From Perkinsus chesapeaki ATCC PRA-425 (Eukaryota > Protista > Perkinsozoa): a DNA stretch of 64,000 nucleotides. Of the stretch, positions 49,674-60,345 are shown in pieces (within the stretch, counting starts at the first letter, position 1; every line of letters begins with the position of its first letter). The position numbers and the translations under genes were made by a program. The notes beneath the pieces are model-generated. The model did no database searches. It was not told the origin of the DNA and saw nothing but the letters and a program-made list of their open reading frames with translations. Where the stretch lies: contig JAAPAO010000132.1 of the NCBI GenBank assembly GCA_013115145.1, forward strand, positions 1 to 64,000. The letters run 5' to 3'.

Positions 49674-51257
49674 ATGTCTAGTTCATCATCAACTCACCAG
49701 CTAGTCACTCCCCTAGCTCCATCGCATCGGTCGCTGGTCACCCTCGCCGCCGCAGCAGCAGGCACTGCGATGCTTGCAGGCATCTGGTGCTATAAACGAC
49801 AACACCGGTGCGCAATACTGGACGAGGACTACCCGCTTGATGGCTTGTCCGATGCCGACCTTCGTAAGAGGATAATGGTACAGGAAAAGAAGGCTAAGAG
49901 ATATGGGTCGTTGGTCTCGGTGCCGACAACGGAGCAGTTTGTTGGTGGGGGCTGGGTTAAGGTAGCGGAGAGCTTGAAGTGGAAGCCTAAGGGTTCCAGC
50001 GCGACCAAGAGGAATCCGTTCCTGCCCCCCTACGAGCCGGGCCTTTGTGTGGGTGATCTGGAAGAGACAGGTCATCGCTTGTTATTAAATAAATACGCTG
50101 TGATGCCGGGCCACTTGCTGGTTGTTACTAAACTATACTTCAATCAAAATGATTCCCTAACATGGGCAGATTTAAAAGCAGTACATAGGGTACTAGAGGC
50201 ACTAGGGGACAAGGCTGTGGCCTTCTTCAATCATGGCCCGCAGTCGGGCTTTAGTCAAGGACATAGGCATATACAGGTAATAGCGAACCTAGTTACTTGT
50301 CATCCGAGGTTCCTTGGAAATATTATATATCATTTATTATTTTGTTAGATTGTACCTAATGTCGAGTATCCATTGGAGGAAGATTACAGAGAGGGTGCTC
50401 AACTAGGATTTAAATACACTACAAGGCCAACCGCCACCGTTGATGCGATTGATTCGGTAAAAGGCCCTCAATGGGGTTCGAACCTGCGACTCTTTCATCA
50501 GGCTCTTAGTGAGTTGGGTTTGACATGGTCTCCGGACAGCAGCTTCAATATGCTTTGGACGCTGAATGGGCCACTGGTGGTCATCCCTAGATCAAGAGAC
50601 GAGACCAAGGAAGGAGGCGTTGGAATAAACGGCGTCGGGTAGTTGAGAGAGAGACTTTCGTGTTTGGGTTTCGGGTTTTTGGAACTGGATTGTCGTGAAG
50701 TGATACGAGCGGCGGTCGTAGTTCTGAAGCATATCTGGACGTCCGGTGCCCACTGATAGTGGTTGGGCTCTTTTCTACTGTATATCAGCGCCGCCCTCAG
50801 CCGAGCAATTCAGCCGTGGTGCTGCTCCACGTTGCTTCATATTGATCGATAGGTTATGTGGTCAACAACGGATTAGGTTACTGTCGATAAGTCAGCGACC
50901 GATTTCGCTGGGTGGGGTTCAACTATCATGGTTCTTAAATCTACGTAACAAAAAGGACTGGAAAGCCTTCTATTGGCCAATCAATTGGGCGCTTGTAGCC
51001 GATGCCGAGTTTCCGACTAACCACATCGATACTCAATACATATGTTAGTCAGTAGGTTATATAACTGAATAGTATTTCGTATACCATTAGGACTTACGAT
51101 GAGCTCGTCTAAGCTGATAAATGTTTTCATTCTGTTTAGGTTTACCGGTTCCCTTTTCGTCAAGACAGCTTCTCAACTGAATACTGTGAGGCAGTTAAGA
51201 GTCCTTGGCGTAATAAGGGAGGGGTTGGGGGGGCGTGCCTTGGGGTACTGTGGATGA
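49674..51257 (+). CDS. Ap4A phosphorylase / ATP adenylyltransferase (Apa1/2 type)
   Basis: NPFLPPYE, LLLNKY, HLLVVT, FFNHGPQSGFSQGHRHIQ (HxHxQ) and INGVGFTGSLFVK, the last assembled across a 501-nt intron (50639-51139). N-terminal hydrophobic segment. Confidence 0.87.
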
Positions 51258-51727
51258 AGGATGGGGGAGGACAGGATGTACATTATGAGGATGTGATTAG
51301 AGAGACAGTTAAAATAATATTTTAGTAATTGATTCAAGTAATTGTTTAGTTTATTTCTTATAGCATTAGCTCAATTGAAATTTAATTTTCGTAAATCTAA
51401 CTTCATGAGCATCTTCGGCCAACTGCTACTTTGATTTCATCTTCAACGAAAGGATATCAAAGCTTTTGTTTTGGCCTAGGAAACGGTGTTGTGAGTAAAA
51501 CTGATTAGGTACTCCGCGAGGTAGGCATACGGGCCGCCAAGCTGTGAATAAGATACCCTCCCACTTATTGTCATCAAACCACTGTCAATTACAGTTGTAC
51601 TACTAGTAATACTGGTCAGTTGATATTAAACTGTTTCCTATATACGCAGAGTGTTGAGCTTGTCAAGCATCGGGAGTACTCTCTTCAGAGTATTAATTTA
51701 AGGTGGAGTGTTGTTGACCTTATAGGA

Positions 51728-54700
51728 ATGGAAATAGAACAGCAAATGGGGCAAGTGCCTCTGCCTCGGTTTGGGCACACTTGTACCCTTATCGGTGAAG
51801 CCAGGGTTGTCTTATTCGGTGGAGCTACTGGTGATACTGGAAGGTACTAGTTAGGTTTAATAAGACGTTTGCTGAAGTACGGCTAGATACAATATTACTG
51901 ATGACACTTACGTGCTCAACGTTGAGTCTAATGTATGGAAAAGGATTGACATGCGGAAAGACTATAGTAACAGGTTTGGGTTGGGAAGCATAACTGATTT
52001 TGTATTATTGCGTAGGTTCCCCAACACCAAGTCCAAGAGCTGCTCATGCGGCTGTCTGCGTTGACCATATGCAACTGGTAGGTTATGGGTCATGGAGTAT
52101 CTTTTTTATAGAAGTTTTCATTGGCCTTGGTAACGTTGGCGAGAGCCAGGCCCCAGCTGTCTCTTCGCTCAACAATACCGTCCCGTAATACATAGGTTCG
52201 GAAAGATATTACACCCCACTATGCACTTGACACAACATTTCCGCCAATTTTGAATCAGAATTGAGGATCTATGAGTGTCAAAGATTCGATATTTCGAGTT
52301 TTCTTGGTTGGTCGGTTGTGTTGTTGGTATTATTACAATCTTTAGGTTGTCTTTGGTGGAGCTACTGGAGGCGGCAGTCTCAGCAATGATGATTTGTAAT
52401 AATCAACATCACCACCAATAGCAGTATCGCTCTAATAGCAGTGTGGTAGGTATCTACTGGATTACCGTAATGAAGATAGGCCCGAATGGGTGGCTATACC
52501 AGTGGGGAAGGGCCCAACCCCGGGGAAGCGGTAATGCTCTAAGGAGTTATCATTACTTTAAGGCTTCCTCAGTTATGGCCATACTATGGTATTTCATAAG
52601 CCTGTATTGATAGTGTACGGTGGGAACAACGGCACAGTAGGCAACAGCAGCAGCCTGTCCGCGGGTGGGGACAGCAGTTTTGCGTGCTGGTTTAGGAAAC
52701 ATTATCGGACGTATGGATACTCGATGTGGATCGGTCACCCTTCTTGTGGAATAAAGTTGAGCCTGTTGGTGGTGGGAAGCCTTCACCTCTTCCCAGAGTA
52801 AGTTATGTTCGCTCTTCTGTGGGCCTGCGAGGGGACAGGGTAAAGTTTGTTGGGTAACCTCTGCAGAAATCGACAGAAATGATGATCAGCGCCGAATTCG
52901 CTGTGGCTTTATCTTAGCATAGAATGCAGAGTCCTAGAAATCCTCCCCACCGTTTGACTTATTGAGCAACTGACTGTTCTAATCCCAATAAGTCAGTCTA
53001 CTGTCACCCATCCGTTGGTGATAGCGTCTTTGTAAAACACGTCCATGCTTAGGCGTATCACTCGGCCGATGTTTGCCGTGAAGGGCCAGCCACAGGTATG
53101 ATGGTGGTCTTTGGGGGTCGAACAGGAGACAACCAATCGCTTAGTGATGCATGGGGGCTTCGACAACACAGGGACGGCAGGTGGGCTGCTGGTGTATCGG
53201 TCACGTGTCACCTGGCAGCTGTGTTCCTTTTAGGTGGGATTGGGTTGAAGCTCCCACTAAAAAAGGGGAGCCCCCGGAGCCTCGATTCCAGCATGTCGCA
53301 GTCTTTGCTCATACAAAGCTTATAATAGGTAATGACCGGATGCTTATCACTAACGTGTATCCCCATGCAGTTGGCGGCCGGTCTGGTGATGTGAGCCGTT
53401 CACTGGCGACATGTGTTTATGATACAGAGCAATGTGAATGGCGAGAGATCCCAAGCGTTGAACGCTTCCGGCATGCCACGTGGATGCTGGGGCCTTTACT
53501 CTTCTCGTAAGGTGGCTTTGTTGTTTCCCGCACTGGCACTAGTGTGGGAGATCAGGTACGGAGGGTTCAATCACGTGCATCCATCAGCTCCAACCAACGA
53601 CCTTCAGCTTTTGGACATCGAACGGGTGCGTCATGAGGTTTCGATCTCCTTCTTCCTCATCTGTGGTGGCGCAGGCGATGGGGCTGGTTTTACCGAGAGC
53701 CGCTGTACCTCCTCAACCACCTCCGACTGTTATACCTGAACAACAACAACACCAACGAGCAGCAGCAGGAAATAATTATGACTCTGTGATGGCTGATGCG
53801 AGACCACAGCAGATGGATTATGTAAGTGGCTATGAGGCGCGCTTTGGTGACGTATCTCGTAAACCCAACATAAGCCAGCCGATGGTTCACGCATTCGGAA
53901 GGAACGTACCGCCTGCTTACTGCTTGGTGTTGGGACACGATTCTTGGTGTAAATGATGGAGGGTTCCAAGGGGCGATATAATCTTCTATAATGGGCAAAA
54001 TTATGGAAATATGAAAAGAAGTGAGCTGAAGTGCCTGGCATCATTTCAGAGTTACCAAGGAGCACCACGGCCGCCTTCGTCCGGTCGGTCATCCCAATCT
54101 CCATCAGTGCTCAGAGAGACCTTAGAGCAACAGTCCAAGTCAGGCATTTGGAGCCAGATAGGCGCACCAGCGTTGGCAGATAAGGTTTATATAGCAAGTG
54201 ACCGGGACGCTTCTTCTACTGTGAGTCGATCTATTTGAGGGGCCTGTGAAATATCTAATTTGGTCAGGTGCATCAAATTGGTCTAGATGCTTTGGGAGAG
54301 GAATCAAAGCGGATTAGACCGCCCGGATCGCGACCGACAGTAACCCCGACCAGGGCACGGCCATCCGATGAAGGATCCCTACATCACTTTGTAAGTTTGT
54401 AGTTACTGATAATAATAGTAAAAATATAAGTTAGTAGGATAGTTATTATCAATAATAGCATTACTGATGCATTCTTATATCACCAGCTTGCTTCCTTGCA
54501 CTCAACGTGTGAAATGAGTGGGGCATGAGCACATAGGAAATGAAATATCGGACACCTAGATTCCACACAGCCTTCATGCTCAGCTGCTACCTGCGCTCTA
54601 CTCTTGGTGTAAAGGTTCTACATGCACAATCCGATTCATTAGTCCCTACTGTTCGTATAGGTGGGATTTGTATGCTACTCTGTCAGGTGATTGAGCAGCT

Positions 54701-56663
54701 TCTTCGGCCGGATTCCTGGCAGCCAGATGTTGACCCAAATAGGTTTCTGTTGCAGCCCTCAGAGGTGAGGCAATTGTGTAAATCAGTACTGCAGTTGTTG
54801 AGGAAGCAACCAATGGTAACGATACAGTATAGTTGCCGGTGCTATAGAAGAGTAGGTGTTGAAATTGAGGGCGCCCATTAAAGTATACGGTGACATCCAC
54901 GGACAGTTCCTGGACCTTATGCGCCTCTTCCAAAGGTAGGCGCCTGCTCCACTTATGCCTCCCCGAACGCCTCTTTTAACGACTTCATACAGTCTACTTC
55001 GTCTGCTGCATTTTTCTGTCTCCTCTCCTCCGATGCTGTCGGTCGAAGCGTATGATTGTTGGTCGGAGGATGGGAAATGCTTACCGTTTCTCCTCAGATA
55101 TGCTGCCCCTACTGATGGACCGGGTGGGGATATCGATGCGATGGACTACCTCTTCCTTGGGGATTATGTTGATAGAGGATCCTTCTCTTTGGAGACGATA
55201 TGCCTACTGTTTGCCTTGAAAATAAAGTAAGCATCATCACGAACAGTGCAATAATGGTCAAAGTCGTTGTACTGTAGCAAGTGGACGAGCTCGCTAAGTA
55301 GAATTATAATAGTCTTAGTACTAATAATAACTATATCCATCATTTATGACAGCCACTATCAATACCTTTGAGAAGTTCGATCGAGTCATTATCTTGATTA
55401 TCGTAGTAATGATTGGCACAACTGTATGGATGAATATCACCAGTAGTGTGGTATCGTTGCTCTTAATTGTTCCTATTAGCTGCATAGTAGCGGTTATAGA
55501 TACCCGAATCAAATCCATTTAATACGGGGTAACCATGAGGACCCAGCCATCAATTCGACATATGGTTTTCGAGATGAGTGTAAACGACGTTTACGAGATG
55601 ACGTCGATAATGATCCCAACTGCAGCTGGGCATGGTTTAACAAGGTGAGCCTCCTTGTTGTTATTCGTCTCTATTACCTATCCCTCAGGTATTTGAGTGG
55701 CTGCCGTGTGGTGCTGTTATAGAGGATAGAATACTGTGTATACATGGTGGGATTGGTGGTAGCATCGATAAGGTAAAGAAGAAGAAGAAGAAGGCATCAT
55801 CATCCTGTTACAAGGGTATTTAATGATTAGGTGGAACAAATAGCTAAATTGGAACGTCCATTGGTTGTAGAGCAAACCCCCATGACAGCCGTTGATCAGC
55901 AGGTTACCGATTTATTGTGGTCAGTATCTGCAAATGGTTAAATAGTTGTACGTGATGTTCGCTGGTAGGTCGGATCCTACCGACTCGGATGATATTTACG
56001 GCGTTACTTCAAATGAGACTAGGGATCCCGATGGCTCCGGTCACATAGTAAAGTTCGGACCAGACAGGTAGGATTAGAATCCGCTGAGTCTGCCGTTGTA
56101 AGCCTGCCCTCAGAGTTGTCCAGTTTCTAGAGGAGAACGCTCCACTGACTATGATAATTCGGGCACACGAGTGTGTTATGGACGGTTTCGAGAGATTCGC
56201 CGACGGTCGACTTATAACGCTTTTCTCAGCGACAGATTACTGCGGCCACCACAAGAATGCCGGTACTTGACATCGAACGTTGTTTGACACTTTTGTCGAT
56301 ATTTCCTGCTGCCAACAGGTGCATTACTTTTTATTCGGCGTGACTTGACAATAGTACCGAAGCTCATATATCCTGTGGACCGGGCTAGTCTAGGATTTGG
56401 GGCCCATGATACTCCACCACCACAAGGAGCAGGCATGCAACGTTTGCAGAGAATGCAGTAAGTCGATCATTGCATGATCGTCCATTTGGGTCAGTGTTTA
56501 TCTTGGCAGGCCTAATTGGGATGCTTCTATAACAAGTGCTAGGCCACCGACCCCACCGCGGCCGAGTCGTGAAGCACACACGCCTCCGGGAATGCATCCT
56601 TTCTCTCATAACCATCCTCAAGAAGCAATACCTCTACCCGCGGCAACGGCTGCCTGGACGTAG
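51728..56663 (+). CDS. PPKL: Kelch-repeat Ser/Thr protein phosphatase (PPKL / BSU1-like)
   Basis: Kelch repeats [25 protein letters not shown] and [19 protein letters not shown] motifs [32 protein letters not shown] and LFSATDYCG. Stop at 56661-56663. An extra 5' exon is possible. Confidence 0.95.
52136..52216 (+). ncRNA. Candidate compact H/ACA-like intronic RNA
   Basis: Inside a ~270-nt PPKL intron: stem 52136-52145/52161-52172, then ACAATA (ANANNA, 52172-52177), stem GTAATA/TATTAC, then ACA at 52211-52213. Confidence 0.3.
52873..52977 (+). ncRNA. Candidate intronic box C/D snoRNA
   Basis: Perfect C box ATGATGA (52879-52885), D box CTGA (52970-52973) and closing stem ACAG/CTGT, within an over-long PPKL intron and on the host sense strand. 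Confidence 0.65.
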
Positions 56664-57624
56664 CTACTCTTATATCACTGTAACACTAACCAGTTGTCAT
56701 TACTATTGCTGCTGCTGCACTGTAAAGCGTACCGAACCTAAGCACTAAGCCGCACTACTGAGGATGGTGATGTATAAGCACGTCGTGACCTATTCTGACT
56801 CTTTTATTATTGCCTCTAATTTGCCTCTTCTATTATACATTGTTTAGCTGGGGGCGTTGGAAAGTATTGCGGATATAACAGGTGTCGTCTTTTCAGTTGT
56901 CAATGTTCCTTATTTATATAATACACAATAATTGTTAAATATAGCTGATAGTAATACTTCTTCTTCTTGGCACCTCGAGGTGCATCTGCCCGATCAGGCC
57001 TGGTCCTGGTAGTTCTTGTATGGTTACTCTATGAGAAGCTACTCCACTCTACTCCTCTTCACGTTGTGGCCGATTACGGTGCTCAATGAGGACACTTTAA
57101 AGAAGCTTTTGCTGACACTTGATGGTTGGCGGGGGCCACCGACTGTGGAGCTTCTAGATGATATCACGCGTAAGCAGCATTCGCTGGCAAACCATATACA
57201 GTGGTAGCGGTCTAGAGTATCGAGGGGCCTATCATATTTTAGTCAGTTTAGCTTACTTAGTAGGGCTACTTACGCGGCACTAGGCATGTTGAAGCTGGGC
57301 AATCATCCTTGATACCCGATCATGTACAATCGTTATGACCATTATGTCAGATCATCAGAGAACTACCCTGGAGTCTCACCCGAGAAGGGTTTCTAAATCT
57401 AGTTTAATTATAGAGTGACGACACTTTCTCCGATACCTTCATAACGAGCACCCCTCATAACTTAGTAGACGCAACAAATATGTGTTATTGTCGAGACTGG
57501 GCTAACAACATTATAATAATGTTGAAAGGCAGCTTTTGAAAAATAGCTCTATATTCCCTCACGGGAGGCAGGCTTAACTCAAGGAGCGAGGGGTCTCCAC
57601 AGGATCGAGCAGTCTGGGCCTAGA

Positions 57625-58167
57625 TCACCAGTGAAACACAGCAGGCAGTGAGCAAGCCATGGCTATCCAGCTACCGATGCTATGATGACCTTGCATAGCT
57701 GGATTGGGTACCTCAGTTAGGGCTCTAAGGGAACGAGTCAACACGTTAACAATTAGAGATCCGATCTCAGGTGTCCACGTTAGAACCCATGGCTCACTTG
57801 CGGAAGTGAACATTCCAAATAATCCATGCACACGGACAATTCCTGGGAAATCTGATCCGGCCGTTCCCCGTGGCTCTGTTACCGTAGCAGCATCCCAGTT
57901 TAGCCTATGCTGGTAGGGGAAGTCGGGGTCTGTCTCGTAGGGCACGAAGGCGTCCAGGGTGTAGAGGGGAGATTGGAATATCAAAAAAGCGATAGGTATT
58001 GTATCGGCAGAGACACCAAACATTACGGTTAGGCGCCAGTCGGTGGCCGGCGAGTCGGGACTAGCAGCGACGTAAAACATTCTTCCATTTGGTGTAGTGG
58101 GAGGTGGCGTCTGGGCGCTGCAACCACCCGCGAAGAGAAGATATAACAGATAGGAGAATTGTTTCAT
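57625..58167 (-). CDS. Intronless secreted hypothetical protein (180 aa)
   Basis: Complete ORF with signal peptide MKQFSYLLYLLFAGGCSA followed by QTPPPTTPNG. No known domain recognised. Confidence 0.6.
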   Translation of the reverse strand: MKQFSYLLYLLFAGGCSAQTPPPTTPNGRMFYVAASPDSPATDWRLTVMFGVSADTIPIAFLIFQSPLYTLDAFVPYETDPDFPYQHRLNWDAATVTEPRGTAGSDFPGIVRVHGLFGMFTSASEPWVLTWTPEIGSLIVNVLTRSLRALTEVPNPAMQGHHSIGSWIAMACSLPAVFHW

Positions 58168-58868
58168 CAGTGAAAGCCGTTAACTAAGAGCTTGGAAAGA
58201 TAGGCACTCGAGTTAGTATCAAGTGCTTGGCCTCATTTCAACAGAGATGTACGTTAATTCCAATCAACCAGCTTCGGTGCGTTATCCTTAGCTATATTAA
58301 CGAATCATCCGGAGCCGACAACTTCCATCATCCTGCACCCGACTATCCTAAGCTTCTCACTGATACCTTGCCAACTTTCTGTCGATCTCCTTGAGTAAGG
58401 TTAACTGTTAATCAATGCAACGTTTACAACTTGATTGGGGCACTTCTCAGAGTACGCCGTATTGCGCGTCTCACGGATCGATTCGAGCCTTCGCTGGAGA
58501 TTTAGCCGCAAAATGGCATTGACCATGCTGCCTCCTCCATAATGGACTGCCTGTCACCAGTTCGGCATTCCTGCCTGATGCTGGTTCTCAATCGGTTTCA
58601 TCATCGCGCGAGACTGAAACCTCTCAACTGGGAGGCATTGCGGGCCGAGCGTCTCCATGCGCGTGCGTGGACGGATCGCGCCGTGTCAGGTTTCCACAGT
58701 AACATGTGTGTTGCTCGAAGATTTCGAGGCAATAGCCGCGGAACCCTTGATTTGTGCAATCTGTCGGGAGAACGGGTTCGCACCTTAAGCAGGATAACAA
58801 GTTTCGGATTCCCATTCCTGTGTTATCTATTTTTATAGCTAAGCTTCATACAGTGAAGGCAGTGGATT

Positions 58869-60200
58869 ATGCAGTCAGCAGCATTAACTCGTAGCGTTCA
58901 GTCCTATTCGGTAAGGTTGCCGGCATGTGATGGGGAATGCCACAGTCGCTGGTATGCCCAAAGCACCAATGACTATAGCTCAAATCAGATAGCTCCACAA
59001 TGAAGCTTGGAGGTACCATGGATGCGCGTCTTCATTATAATAAACCGCGTCGATTGCATTCATACACACTATACGGTGTAACTTATGACACTATCGTCAT
59101 TCTGGTCAATCACCCAATTAGATTGCAGCGGACTCACTGTGGGTTGTATGCTTGTACCTGGCATGGAGTATCATAGAGCGTGGGAAGGAGGAGGTCGATT
59201 GTGTGCTAGTTTGGGGGATACCAGTGCGCTCCCCACGCGAGTGGTGTAATAGCCATTCTCTAGTTGTTCTGCCTTGGTTTACGTTGTTGCCATTTTACAC
59301 ATCATAACGTGGATTTTACCGGAGCAGTAAACAAATGAAACAGTGAGAGTGTTTGTGGCAGGTACGGCTGCTACCTCGATGCTCGAAGACTCGGTCAGAC
59401 ACTTGGAGAACGGTGTCAGCAGCATACTCCTCAGGATGCGCAGAGCCACTGAATTTTGTTCCAATGTCGACGATTATGATTGCGTGAAAAGAACGGGTAG
59501 AAGTTTCACATGGTCGAGGCATGTCCGTTGAATATTCGCTCACCAGGGAGTGCGTATGGCTGGGAGATCGATACACAACGATGGTTACAGAGCGGGCAAT
59601 TTCAAGTTCCGCCCCACGTACATCTCCACACCTTGCCGATCGGCCCTTGGAACGATGACATCGAATCACCAGCTCTAGCAACTTGCAGTCGCGTGCTGGA
59701 GATTGTTAGAATGCTCCAAAAGTACACCCCCAATGACCAAGGGCCCATCTTAGTCGTTTCGGATTCCTGTGCTTTGATCAATAAGACTACGACAAGTCAT
59801 TCCACACAGTAGGGGCATCTCATCCAGTCAGCATCACGCTTACATCATCAGTTACGCTCTGCTATACGATGGGAACCACCCGGGGGTTGACTTAAATGGT
59901 TGTCCTCCAAGCGCAAAAGTGATAAAACTGCCGGACTTGTATGATGGCAGCGTAGACGCTCTGCTTTTGACTAGCATGGCTTCAGACAGGAATCCTATGG
60001 AGAAGGTCCTTTCTTTGGAGTCTAGTGTAGATTACCTGTCGCTGACACTTTGCTTGTTATCTCTATCAGGTGAAACCAGGTGGTATCGTCCTGTCATGCT
60101 GCATCTCACCTGCTACGGATCCAGGGTCAATCGACAAACTGTTCCGCCATCGGAATGGTGGTGAAGTATACATTGCCCCACCTGGGGTATTTTGGTGGTA
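58869..60200 (+). CDS. Multi-exon hypothetical protein
   Basis: ATG at 58869 and a series of exon-like segments bounded by GT/AG, including 59510-59812. Model and end are uncertain. Confidence 0.35.
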
Positions 60201-60345
60201 CAGAGAGCCATCAGAAGAGGAAGAGGCAACATGACCTGTCGTTCATTTCCCTACCCCTTGTTGTCTTGCGTTGGTTAATCTGAGCCGTTGCTCTCCACGA
60301 CCCAGCGGTAGGGTGGGTAAGACCGGTTTGATAGTAATATTGTTA

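Noticed and set aside
50470-50492. GTCGCAGGTTCGAACCCC tRNA-like word on the minus strand
   Set aside because: It lies inside APA coding sequence (QWGSNLRL) and the T-stem does not pair.
50660-50680. GTTTGGGTTTCGGGTTTTT as interstitial telomeric repeats
   Set aside because: Only two degenerate units in a G/T-rich intron 5' region.
57016-57207. 63-aa ORF as a transposon or gene fragment
   Set aside because: Non-ATG start, no recognisable motif, and no flanking repeats.
58503-58518. Minus-strand GCCATTTTGCGGCT resembling a relict spliced leader
   Set aside because: It needs a 2-nt insertion, lacks the CCGTA and CAAG flanks, and is not adjacent to a start codon.
59510-59812. Faint resemblance to a dual-specificity phosphatase fold (GPILVVSDS)
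   Set aside because: There is no HCxxGxxR motif, and the similarity is too weak to call without a profile search.
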